NCBI GenBank assembly: GCA_013265495.1 | Contig: MU057984.1 | Coordinates: 1-64,000, forward strand | DNA length: 64,000 nucleotides | Direction: 5' to 3' | DNA from: Vicugna vicugna | Taxonomy: Eukaryota | Shown: piece by piece, positions 1 to 11,879 of the stretch | Layout of the letters: every line of letters starts with the position of its first letter | Numbering within the stretch: position 1 is the first letter of the stretch | Notes under the pieces: model-generated | What the model was told of the DNA's origin: nothing | What the model saw: only the letters and a program-made list of their open reading frames with translations | Database searches by the model: none | Position numbers and translations under genes: made by a program

Positions 1-199
1 GAAATGCCCCACCCCACCCACTTTTTGACCTTATATGGTCAGCCTAGGAGCTGTCACGGCGCCTGTGGGTGCACCATGAGGCTCAAGGTCTCCTAGAGGT
101 CGAGTCTTCCGGCATCTTGGTTCTAACCAGTTTGTCCTGTTCTCAGTTGCTGTGTCATTCCTTCAGTGGTAGTTCCCTGCCCCCTTTCTTCCCACTTCA
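1..199 (-). mobile_element. ERV1-like LTR, truncated by the window edge
   Basis: Ends in ...CCCACTTCA, which reads as a TG start on the minus strand. LTR-like composition; family not assigned. Confidence 0.55.
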
Positions 200-659
200 A
201 ATATACCCTGTTCTTTTCTAATTAAGTAGAAAAGGAAACCATGTAGATTTTGTGATCTTTTTTGTTTAATAAATACTGATATTATCATATTTTGATAGAA
301 AGTATTTTCTTTCTGAAATTCCAACTCCTTTTCTATCCTTTTGTCCATGGAATATTTTTCATTTTGTGGAATTCAAGTAGGTGAAACAGGGACATAAAAT
401 CTAGTTCTACATGCTGTGTCCATCCTTTTCCTCCTGCTGGATGTTTGTTTGCTCACTTTCTTCAAACATTTACAACACACTTTTTCAGACTTCTATTGGG
501 CCTCAACCACACACTTCCATAAATGTGTGTTATCTTTGACTTTTTATAAGAGCAGCACTATTCTTTACTCAGAGTAAAATTTCAGAAATTAGATTTATTC
601 ACTGAACACTTATTTCCACCTACATTCTCTCTCTGACTTATAATAATGGAAATTGAAAA

Positions 660-1217
660 TAAAGGGAACAGGATTTGTCACCCCAAAATATGGTCTCTTT
701 GGCATAAGGATTATTCTATTCTATGCTTATTATTTTTAAGAAAGAGCAGGCACAGGAAAAGCTCTGAAAACTGAGTAGAAGTTACCCTTTTGTAAGGGAC
801 ATTTACATTTATAAAGGAAAATCTCCATTTGTAAGGATGTCTCCCTCTCTGCAACCAGGAAGAGAAGGATGAATAAATCTCTAGAAATGTTTATCAATGC
901 AGAAGGCAACAACTTAAATCTGCATCATAACAACCTTACACTGTTTACTGTGACTTTCCTAGTCATCTCCTACAACGGGCCTCCTCTGCCCCACCATTTT
1001 TCATCTTTGGCTGGAGATTTTATTGAAGGTGGCTTTATTTAAATGGCTTAGGACATTCTGGAGGGTTGCTCAGTTTTCCTCCATCTCTCCCGTGTATACA
1101 GGAGGTATACATGTTACTAAATTTCTGTTCTTCTCCTGTTAATCTTTTATTATGGAGTGAAAGGATCTCAGCCAAGAACCTAGAAGAGTAGAGGGCAAAT
1201 TATTTTTCCTCCCCACA
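660..1217 (+). mobile_element. MER34-like ERV1 solo LTR
   Basis: Starts TAAAGGGAACAGGATTTGTCACCCCAAAATATG and ends TTTTTCCTCCCCACA. TSD AAAA (656-659 / 1218-1221). Similar to the copies at 29539, 31802 and 48345. Confidence 0.8.
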
Positions 1218-1379
1218 AAAACTACCCTGAAAAATTCTGAAGCAGGGTGCATATACATCTAGCAAAACAAACCAAAGCAGCAGCAAACCAGAGATAATGG
1301 TATTTCTATGTTGCACTCTATGATAATTCTGGAGTCAAAACATTGAAACAGATTCCTATAAAGATACTTAACATTCAAC

Positions 1380-1849
1380 TATGAAATTAAATTCCTACTT
1401 TATGGCAAGTCAAAAAAATTTCAATATATATAAATTTTTTTCTCTGCCCTTTGGCCCCCTCTCTCCCCCTCTACTGTTCACTGTGTATCTGCATTATACA
1501 TCGACCAAACCTCCCCCATGGGCAGAAACACCTGCTCAGCCATAAACAGCAACATTCTCCTGGCAGCAACAGGACAACTTCTTAAAAGATAACATTCCTT
1601 CTTGATCTTGTAAGGGGCCAGGATGATGCTTAGATCTGGACTGTGTAAACTGTCAATAGTACATCATTTAATGTACAGCCCTCTGTCTCAAAAAACAAAA
1701 AACAAAACACTTGTATAACTGTGCCTGGACTTCTAACAGGTGGAACAGTCTCAGAGCTGTCTAAGATGCTGTTCCCAGGCTATAAACCGCAACTTGGCCA
1801 GAATAAAATTTTCCATCTCTTCAATTGACTGATTAATTTTTCACTGACA
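1380..1849 (+). mobile_element. ERV1-class (MER4-group-like) solo LTR
   Basis: AATAAA at ~1802; ends ...CACTGACA; perfect 4-bp TSD CAAC (1376-1379 / 1850-1853). Confidence 0.7.
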
Positions 1850-2100
1850 CAACTCCCCTTCATATTTTTGTTAATTTTGTCCACTTCATGTCAATAGTCC
1901 CTTATTAAGTTTCCTGAGGGCACTAATCAAAGGTGTGAAAAACCCAGAATTCGAGGTCACCGGGGAACATCTAGCACGTCACCTGCCCCTCAGTTCTGCC
2001 CAGTCATGGCTCTTTCCACCTTACTAACAAAATAACCTTCCAGCCACTTTTGTCCTCTTAACATCAGACAAAAATTTTAGATTTGAACCCAAATAGGAAC

Positions 2101-2401
2101 TGTTAAAAAAAGAAATGACAGGCCCAAAAGGAGTCACTTGTGCTAAAACCAAGATTAACCTAAAGGCAGTTACAATCTTCCCCAGGAATAAGACCCCCTT
2201 TTCCCCAAAAGGAGATGATCTAATGTGAAGTAATCTTTCTGTTTGTTTCTTTATGATGTCTTTGTCTTGCCTTTAAAAGCCTTTACCTTTCTGTAGCCCT
2301 CTGGAGCTCTCCTCTACTTGCTGGATGGGATGCTCATGATTCATGAATTATTCGATAAAGCCAATTAGATCTTTCTCAGTTGAATTTTATTTTTTCAAAC
2401 A
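2101..2401 (+). mobile_element. ERV1-class solo LTR (same family as 47509-47900)
   Basis: TGTTAAA...CAAACA termini and perfect TSD GAAC (2097-2100 / 2402-2405). Shares the ACAGGYCCAAAA-GGAG and ATAAAGCCAAT-AGATCTTT blocks with the 47.5 kb copy. Confidence 0.8.
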
Positions 2402-2624
2402 GAACTAAAAGGAAAAAATAAATTTTTTTGAAAAAAATCTCACTCGAAATTAGTTTGGAATTAGTCCTCAAACCACAGTCCAGCATAGCATCACTTGACC
2501 ATTAGCTGCTGAAGCTGAAGAAACTATTTATTCTTTGAAATTGCCATCTTTTATTTGACCTTAAAAGCTGTCCTCTTTCTCTGAAGTGTCTTTGACTTTT
2601 TCAATCCAATTTTTTTCTTATATG

Positions 2625-3680
2625 ATGAAACAGACAAATAATCCAATAGAAGGTCTAAAGACATGAACGGGTACTTCAGAGAGGAAGAAGCACATATAGG
2701 GAAAAAATTGTGAGAAAGTCAGCCACAAGTGTGAGCAAGGAAATGAAAATCAATACTAGAATGAGATGCATTTCGTACCCTTTTTGTTGGCGAATGTAAG
2801 AAATCTGATAATACCAAATGTTGGAGAAGACTTAGATTAGCGTGATCTTTTAGGAATTGCTGGAAGAAGTATTGATTAGTATAACCACATTGGAAAACAC
2901 TTGGCAGTACCTTGCAAAGATGAGCATTCATATACTCTATGGCCCAGCAATTTCCCTGCTAATCATACGCCCCAAGGAAACTTTTGCACACGTACACCAC
3001 CACCACTACCACCACCATCATGAGATATGAACAGGAATGCCCAAAGAAGCTTGTAACCAGTTATAAAAACCTGAAAACAACTACTAGCAAGAAAATGGAT
3101 AAACAGTAACAGATAAATGATTGAACAGCAGCTATATGCAATAAGGATGAATGTTAGCAGTATCATTTTGAATAGAAAAACTTATCCCATAAATGTCATG
3201 TCATCTTGTGATATAATAGCTTGGTATAGTAACTGATTTACCTGTCATTTCTGAAAATTCCTTTTATTTGAACCACACAATCCTTTCTTATAAAACAAGA
3301 CTAGGAGGCTGAGACATCCCATCTTTCTTGCCCCAGAAGACTGGCAACATAGACCAGAACGCTACTGCAAAATTAAAATTGTTTCACTACCATCAATTTG
3401 GTTTTGAATATCAAAACAAATCTCTAAAAGAATCAAGAAGTATATTTTTAGGCTTAAACAATAGTTTAGAAAAAGAAGGAGGAAGTTATCCAAAACATCA
3501 ACCACAACAAAAGTTTACCTTTGATGGTGATTAGCTAAAACCACCCCTTTTAAAGTGAGGAACAGAAAACCATGTCCGTTATCACTACTATATTTCAATA
3601 TTGCATTTTCAGTTCTGGGAAGTGCAGAGACAAAAAAAGAAGTATAAGGATGGAAAGGAAGAAAGACATGATAGACAATA
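2625..3680 (+). mobile_element. Ancient L1 (L1ME/L1M-type) fragments: ORF2 3' end/3'UTR and a decayed RT region
   Basis: Degenerate L1 motifs such as ATAATCCAATAGAAA..AAAGACATGAAC and ACCACATTGGAAAAC..TTGGCAGTA. Boundaries approximate. Confidence 0.6.
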
Positions 3681-3689
3681 CACTGCGAT

Positions 3690-3848
3690 GAAGCGTCTCT
3701 CTCAGCCTGGAATCCTGAGAGGCCTCACTGAGATACCACCCCTGCCAATCCATACAGAGCATTAGGTGTGAGTGGGAAATAAACTTTTGCTATTTTAAGC
3801 CACTCAAATTTGGGGGTTGTATGTTGCTAATTTATCCAAACTGATACA
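3690..3848 (+). mobile_element. MaLR (MLT1-type) LTR 3' part
   Basis: AATAAAC..TTTTAAGCCACT..ATTTGGGGGTTG..CTGATACA, a typical MLT1 3' end. Confidence 0.7.
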
Positions 3849-4779
3849 GGTGTCTTTAATTCAATCAACACGGCTTCATATCTAAGCTGGATGGAGGTAT
3901 GTTGGTTGCCTATCATCTTATTTGCCTGAAATAGACTGTAATATGTATTTGAAAATGAATGGAATGTATAAGAACACAAATTTGCCTAACCTGGAGACTA
4001 GACACAGTTAATTCAGTCTGGGTAAGAGAGAGACAGAGAAGAGTACAGCAGTGTTAGACCATGTGGATCCCTTAGTGAGGGGCTCTGAGATTTCCCCTCT
4101 TCCTTCTCAGGAGAGGGACAGTGTGGTTAAAAAAAAATGACTGCTTTGAAAGACTCAGAAAACAGCACTCAGGAGAAATGGCAGCAGGAATAATCTGGGC
4201 TGAGATGGCTTACCATACCCAGAATCTTCTTCGTGGGATAGCATTTGAGAGTTTCCTTAGCTTTGCCCTGTCTCTCAGCAAGGGGTTGCAGAAGGGCTGA
4301 GAGATGGCGATGTTCTGTAAAGGACCTTATGACTGAGAGAAACAGGACACAGAGTGAGTGGATGGACTTATAGAGCCCGGAGACAATGGTAGACCTCAGA
4401 GTCAGGTGCCAATGTATGTAACTGCCAGTGACCAAAGGTGAGTCAAGTCCCCCTACCCCTCCAGAGGTAATCTACATGAAGATCTGCTGACAGTCCAGAT
4501 TCAGGAGTTTTCTAAAATGCCACTATTCTATATAAGCCCTTGAATGTATGTGCCACGTTAAGAGAAAGGAGGGATATGCAAAACTCCTCAACTGTCTGAG
4601 CTGAAATTTGACCTGATGAGGAAAACTCTGTAATGGTGATGACTGAATTATTTACCTTCATGCTGAACTGGGATTCAAAATGAAGGCTGAACAGTTGCAA
4701 AGTTAAAAGTGCAATTATTTACTTACCTGCATTTCATGGCAAATCAAACACTCCCTCAAAGAGCTAGTTGGACAATGTT

Positions 4780-5305
4780 AGTAAATTAGACATACTGAGA
4801 GGGCGAACACTGGGGAAAGCACTGGATATGAATAGGGGAGCAATCAGGAGTTCAATTTCTCGACAGGGAAAATTTGAGAAGCTTAGTAAGTCTCACAGTA
4901 AAAGCAGCCGGCTATCAGTACAGAGGTTTAGGGTAGATATACACAGATGGTGGTTTTCAGATACAGCTGGCGTGTAAAGTTAGGGACCTGGGAATTCGAT
5001 TACATAGAGAATAAGCACAGAAAGAAAAAGAACAGATCTGAGACGTGAACTCTGAGGCGTTTCAACATTTAGAGATTAGGAAGTTGTTATTCTAACAAAT
5101 GAGACAAAAATGGCAGCAAATGAAGTAGTGGAATAAAACAGGACAGTATGGTGTCCTGGCTGCCAAATAAAGCTTCACGAAGGGGGTGATCAGCAATGTC
5201 AAAGAGCACAAGACGGAAGATGCGGACTGAGTAATGGCCATGGATTTGGCAATGTGGACCTTATAGATGACTTTGCAAGTGCAATTTTGTGAGTGTTGGA
5301 AATGA
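4780..5305 (-). mobile_element. L2 LINE fragment
   Basis: L2-like blocks ATCAGGAGTTCAATTT and ATGGATTTGGCAATGTGGACC..GATGACTTTG. Confidence 0.65.
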
Positions 5306-5891
5306 GCGAATTGTCTCATTTGGTCTTGCTGGGGTAGGACAGTTAGTCTTATCCTTATGTGGTTTTTCCAAAAAAAAAAAAAAAAGTGTTGTTGATGACT
5401 TGGTACATAAAAAGCTCCCTTGATGAGGAGGTTACCCACTCAAATATGTGTGGAAATACTGCAGACCACATCTTACCTTAGAGAGTCATGAGGAAAATAA
5501 AAAAATTAAAAGACATAAGAAATCAAAAAAGAGGCCTGTTTATCTTTATCTCACCCAGAAAGTTCCTAAGGTTATGTCCTATGAAATGTACACATATGTG
5601 TGTGTGTAAGGCCTCCAATCTCTGACCTGAAGCCCCCTTGGTCAGATGTAATTTAAAAAAACAAAATATTTCGCAAACAAAATGAAGTGGATAGTGCATA
5701 TTTTAGGTAATTCTGCCAGCAGGGAATCAAATACATCAACTGATTTGCTTGATGGCAAATTCTGCTCAGAGACTGAGCCTTTGCCAACATTTTATTTAAC
5801 ACAGGTTCACTGTGGGAATTATAATAATTTCACAAGCCAGTAGCATATAAAATAATGTCTCTTAATGAGCCAGTAAAGAAATAATACTCCA

Positions 5892-6191
5892 TTTTTAAAA
5901 AAATTGAAGTATAGTCAGTTATAATGTGTCCATTTCTGGTGTACAGCATAATGTTTCAGTCATACATACACATATATGTATTAGTTTTCATATTCTTTTT
6001 CACTATAGGTTACTACAAGGTATTGAATATAGTTCCCTGTGCTGTACAGTAGGACCTTGCTGTTTATTTTATATATAACAGTTAGTATCTACCAATCTGG
6101 AACTCCCAATTTATCCTTCCCCACCCACTTTTCCCCCTGGTAACCATATGTTTGTTTTCTATGTCTGTGAGACACAGACAAAAAAAAGGAA
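5892..6191 (-). mobile_element. Young lineage-specific L1 3' end (5'-truncated)
   Basis: T-run, then ATTGAAGTATAG...GTTCCCTGTGCTGTACAGTAGG. 17-bp TSD with 2 mismatches: AAAGAAATAATACTCCA (5875-5891) / AAAGAAAGAATACGCCA (6192-6208). Confidence 0.85.
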
Positions 6192-8879
6192 AAAGAAAGA
6201 ATACGCCAATCCAATGATAGATTAATCACATTATTGATCCAGGCAAGGGGAGATGAAGGGAATAAAGTCCAAATTTAGTCCAAGGTGGACCTTTATAGGA
6301 GGTTGTACTTGGGAGAGACAGCTGACTTTCAACTATCAGCACAAAACAAAAATCCTCTGTTGTCAGAGCCCACGGCTAGGGAATGATGGCGCCTGTGTTG
6401 GCAGGGAAGACGATTCCTTTCAGAGGCCACTGCGTGGCTTTCACCACTGCTGGGAAGAGAGTCAGCTCTACCACTGCAGGAGCTAATGCCCTAAAGTCTT
6501 CTGAGAGCTCGATCAGCAAAGGATAACTTTGCCCAGACTGAAATTCCCCCTTTGTCCTCAGACACTCCAGGTATTTAGTCTCAATGTCCCCTCACCACTG
6601 TTGCTTCTTCATGTTTCTATTAACAAGCCCCCAGCAGCACCCCTCAGCCGCTGAGCTAATGCGCACTTACTGGCAACCACAGACGTGGCAGATGACATCC
6701 TGACACACAATTTCATCTTGATATCGAAACAATAACTTCCGTTTTAGACCAAAACAAGTTCACTCTTCAAAATAAGTTCATTTTTCCCATAAAGAAGTGG
6801 ATTTGAAATCATATCGAACCAATACACAACACTAACATTTTTGCAGTTTTTTTTTTCACAAAGAAGTTTCACTCTGCGACAGATGGAGACTGTACATAGG
6901 CTCACACTCCTTTAAGTCCACGGGTCAAAATTTCTAAGAAAATAATTTCGGAAGTTTTTAGGTTTCAGAGGTGTTGGTTTATATCAGGATTCAGTGGAAA
7001 TGTTTCCTAGGACAAAGCTTGTGCAGTGTTGACATACGACCTTGCGGTGAGGGTCAAGAACTAATAGTAACCTTTGGGGCAAAAGACATACGTGGGCATT
7101 TGCTGAGTACAGTTTATGCAGCAGATGGTATTTGATGCAAGCAATGTACTGATTCACATGATAAGAAAATAAATAGGCATACTCTTCCTAACTTTAAAAT
7201 ACAAAGATGATACATGAAAATGGTATCAAACACAACGTTTTTTGGGTGTTTTAAAAAATAAAGCAAAAATTAATTAAAATAAAAACATTACTAAACCCTC
7301 AGTAAAATCAAGACAAATTAGCAACAATTATCAAAGGCCCATTTCTTACAACACTACCTTAAGTGTTACAGGAGATAGCCAAAAAAGCTGCTGTGGCTCC
7401 CCTGGAGATTGTACTGAATGGAATATTCATTATCTTGTAAACTGATCAAACAAGAGCTCTACAGAGTCCATGGCTAGAGAAAACCTGGTTGTAGGAAAAC
7501 CAGTGCCAATTTATTTACGTAAGTCAGCATCCTTTTGGGCCATTCATTCCATTTGAGTGAAGTAGTCACAAAGAAAAGCTAACATATTCCATTCTTGCAC
7601 TTTTGAACTGTTTCTTCCCAGCTTCTAGAAGTAATTTTCCACCCAAAAGTGATGAGTTTTCCTCACTCTTCACTGAGATTCAAAAGATGCAGCCAGGATG
7701 CCTGATTTACTAGCCAAGGCTTAACAGAGGGAAGTTCCACAGGAAGCTGTGATGACTTTAGAAATAGCAGTTAAAATAACTCATGGAATGGGAGTGAAAA
7801 GGATAGGACTGGAAGGACAGAAATGAGGGTATCTAATTCCAAAATGAAATATGTATTTAGGCACACAAAATAATGTAACATAGACCAAACAGGTACCCAA
7901 GCCAGAAAAGTGGTGTCACTGGGGAATTAGAACATGGGATGACAGATCATCAACTCTATTTTCTCCTCGTTCTCATCATGTTTACTGTTGTGATCACACA
8001 ACCCTCAGATACTCTCCACACTTAATCAGCCTTCTTGATTTGGTGGTTCCTGGTGCACACAGTCTATGAATACTTTGCTGAAAGTTCCATATGACTAGTG
8101 ATTGGTTCAGGAAAATGGCAGGATTCTTAGGGATGAGTCAGGAGGAAGATGGGGTTGTGAGTGGTTATGGGAAAGCCTATGTATGAATGAGCCTCCATTC
8201 TCCACTTAATATCAGTGCACTGCTTGAGAAGAAATCATCCGACACCAGCACTTCCCTCAAAGGAAGAAGCTATGGAGATACCATACTATAGAATAATGCC
8301 AAATGTTTTCACCAACAATACGAGTAATTACAGTAATTACGCATTTTAATGCTATAAACTGAATTATATATGGAGGTGGGTAATGACTGATGAGTTAAAG
8401 CCTCTGGAAGGACATTTGTATGGTTCCTTTGTCCCTGTTCTGTGCTGTTTTCTCCTTCTCTCAGGCTGCAGCACATTTGAGTCACCCTTTGAAGATGTGG
8501 CAGCTTCATGAAAACAATCTATTGAACTGAACTGTCTGAATCACAACTTGTCTTTCCTGGAGAGTATCAAAAAAGGACTATATACCAAAGACATTCTCAC
8601 TTTTTAAGTTAGATAAAGTCATGAGCAGCTCAAGGGAAGAGTAACACATTTGTCAGCCTCCTTGATCCCCCCAGAAAGGCAATGGCACCCAGAATTGGGG
8701 CTGAGCAGGAAGAGTGGGTGGAGGAAGAAAGAGGTGGTTACTCTCCCTGAAGCCCTCAGGAGAGAGAAGAGGTCTTTGGCTTGGCAAAACATCCCCCAAT
8801 TGTTTCTTTTTCAAAAATATTTTTTCTTTCAGACTTTAATCTCTTCATTGATATATTTATAATTTTTCTCTGACAAAAT

Positions 8880-9375
8880 TTTAATTAGTTTGGCTCTACT
8901 TTTCTTAATTAACATTGTAAGATGCACATTTTTACCCGTGTGATTCAAGAACACATTTTTTAATGACTGCAAAACATTTTTCATAATTATGCACAATAGT
9001 TATTCAACCAATTCTAATTATTAAAAGTATAGGTTGTTTCCAAAGATTTTGCTCTTAAAAGATATTGCCACCTTGAACTCCTGACATGTACATATGGGTG
9101 AGAATTTGATTATTTCCTGAGGAAAATTCCCTTGAAGTTTAAGGGTGCAAGATTATAAAGCATGTTAATGCTTTTGATTTAAATAGCAAAGTTACCATTC
9201 ATAAAATTGTTACAAGTTTTTTCAGGCTACCATTGTATGAAAGGAAGCTTTCATTTCACCCTTGGCAACACTATTTTTATTTGAATAAAGGTATAAAGAA
9301 TATCTTGTTGAATAATAATTTGTATTTCTTTGGCTGTTAGACTGAATTCTTTTGTGTTTACCAGAAACTGCATTT
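8880..9375 (-). mobile_element. Ancient L1 (L1ME-type) 3' region
   Basis: Degenerate motifs TATTCAACCAATTCT..AGGTTGTTTCCA and ATAATTTGTATTTCTTTG. Confidence 0.55.
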
Positions 9376-9606
9376 CTTTTCTTAAAAACTGGGGTATAAT
9401 TGACATATAACATTATATCAGCTTCAAGTGTACAACATATTCTGCTATCTTAGAAACTTTCAAATATGCAGTGCAGTATTACTAACTATAGTCACCATGC
9501 TGTACATTATATCTCCAGGACTTATATATTTTATAACAGGAAATCTGTACCTTTTCACTTCCTTCACCCATTTCACCCACCTCCTCTCCCCCTCTGGCAA
9601 CCATCC
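9376..9606 (-). mobile_element. L1 3'UTR end (L1MA9/laurasiatherian type)
   Basis: GTATAATTGACATATAACATTATA...CTATAGTCACCATGCTGTACATT...CCTCTGGCAACCA. Confidence 0.8.
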
Positions 9607-9804
9607 CAAATGATTCTTAACATTATATTCCAGGGAACCACCTTCAAGGCTGTATTTTCTTAGGTTTTGCTAGAAATTCCCCATCATTCATTTCTGGGTT
9701 GCTGGAGAATCAAGAATTTTAAACACAGAAGCTAGATCAAAAATCTTCAGACAACAGCTATGGACAGGTTGTTTCCCCAGCTAGTTTCTGAGTAGTTGGG
9801 GGGT

Positions 9805-10030
9805 ATTATGGGAAAATCTTGGACCTTGGGGCAGGAGGTATGGTATGAGAACTTGGTCTACTATGTACTAGACCTGGTTAACTTGGACAAAATAGCAGCC
9901 CCTGCTGAGGCTCAGCCTTCTTGTATGAACTGAGAGTATTTCTCATACCTATCCCAGAATTACTGCGAGAAATGTATGAAACAGTGTAAGAGAAAGCCAT
10001 TTGTACAAGGTAAAGCACCACACAAGTACT
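9805..10030 (+). mobile_element. MIR SINE
   Basis: Degenerate MIR core (AACTTGGACAA..CTGAGGCTCAG) and a MIR-like tail. Confidence 0.55.
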
Positions 10031-10849
10031 GATTAGAATTCATTTTAAAATTTTTTTATAAAGCAGGGTAAAGATTTGACCAGGATACAGACCTAATGCT
10101 CCCAGAAGAAACGAGGGAATTGTGTCTAGACAGCAATAGTGCTTCCTTTGTAATTTTTGTATCACCATTTTCAATCCTCAAAGACAAACTGGTAACTTTC
10201 TCCACGTCCTATACTCAATCTCTGCTCACATTCTGTAACACACAATCTTTAACACATATTCTTCTAGGTGTTTCCCTCACCCTTGTGGAAACGGTACCCT
10301 GACGTCTGTAACTCACTGTCTAGACATGTGAATGACTTTCTTTGGTCGTTGATTTTCTAATACAATAAGTACACTGTAGTTGATACACAGGATCTCAAGA
10401 AATAGTCTACTAATCGTGATGATAAATCATACCAGTGCTCATCTTGTCCACGCCCAGCTCACTAGTGCTGGTGACACAGCTTCTACCCATGTCATAGAAT
10501 TTAGCTACATTTGTTGTATATTTACATGTATTCTTGTTCACATTTATGTATTCCTGGCCAAGCTCTGAAGTTGTGGAGGCTCAACAGTGCATCTTATTCT
10601 TTTCATATCCCCCATTAGACTAACTCAGCCTTCTGAATAGAGGATGCACCTAGAAATTTCCTGGAGAAATGGTCTTGAGACTAGATAGACCTATAAGGTG
10701 TAGGAGGTTGGAGGTCATCTTAGCAGAAGGAAGAGTGAAGGAGCCCAGAGTTCAGAGGGAAGTCTGCAGGGAGAACCAGCCGGATGTCAGAGGGGATGCT
10801 GGCCCTTCTCAGTGCAGCCTGTCGTGGGGAGGTGCAGGAAGATGGTACG

Positions 10850-11130
10850 CATCATGACTGGCAATGTCAACCTTGATCCACTACTCAAGGTGGTGTCTGT
10901 TGGGTCCCTGAACTGTGAAGTTGTCATTTTTCCCTTTTTATTCATATGTATCATATGTGGAGATACTTTGAGACCAGGAAAATAGTCCAATGCTGGTTGT
11001 ACTTTTGCCTATGAATTTCATCATCCAGTGGTAATTCTCTGGTGCTTTTAGTTATTAACTGGAATTCTACTACAAGGAAGAGCTATCCCTTCTCTCCTAT
11101 TTATTATATATGGTTTATTTTTTTAAAGTG
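10850..11130 (-). mobile_element. Old L1 (L1MC/ME) 3'UTR fragment
   Basis: CTGGCAATGTCAACCTTGATC..AAGGTGGTGTCTG..GAAGTTGTCATTTTTCCC..GGAGATACTTTGAGAC. Confidence 0.6.
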
Positions 11131-11879
11131 TGAAAAATTGAAATGCATAAAACATGAGGACCAGTTATAAACATACTATATCAAATGCTTTGTCATAATT
11201 CACTCTATTTGATTTCTACACAGTGACAATATGTGTGTGCTTGGCGAGGTGTGGCATATACGTGTTCCTCAGACACATCGGGCTCATTTGTTCTCATGGT
11301 TGTGACTGACAAAGAAGAAATGTCACAGGTTTGACATACCAATGGGAAATACAGCCCAGTGATGCAGACCTCCTGGTGGGCGACGTCACATAACACGATG
11401 AGAGAAACAAGCACAGCATGTTACATCCTAACACGGTCAGCAGGCAGAATTCTTTAAAAGGGACAGCTTTTTGAAAAAAATAAAGTAACATGAAGTAAAG
11501 TAAACTATGGGCTCTGTTCTTTGAGTTCATTTTAATTTTATCTCTAAAGTAATGAATGACATTTAATCTAGGCCTTTCTTCCAAAAGTATCCATATTCTG
11601 CAAATATGAATTCATTTCACAGACTTGCACGCCAATTGTCAAGGACAGAGAGTCTTAAATGACCTTCAGATTTTCAAATATACTATATTTGCTTCATTGA
11701 AAAGAGTAGCATTATGGGACTTGGTATTTACCCTTGATTTTGTTAAAACACCAAAATACACATTTTTTTTTTTGGTACAAACTGTCTTAATATAAAGCCT
11801 GACAGAAACTGGGGTCTGAGCCAGAGAATTTTCTCATATTTCTGCTTCACAAAGGCAGCAAAATTATATGAAACTCTTT

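Noticed and set aside
4721..4730. Perfect minus-strand donor CAG|GTAAGT
   Set aside because: No convincing partner acceptor outside the adjacent L2; isolated consensus donors occur by chance.
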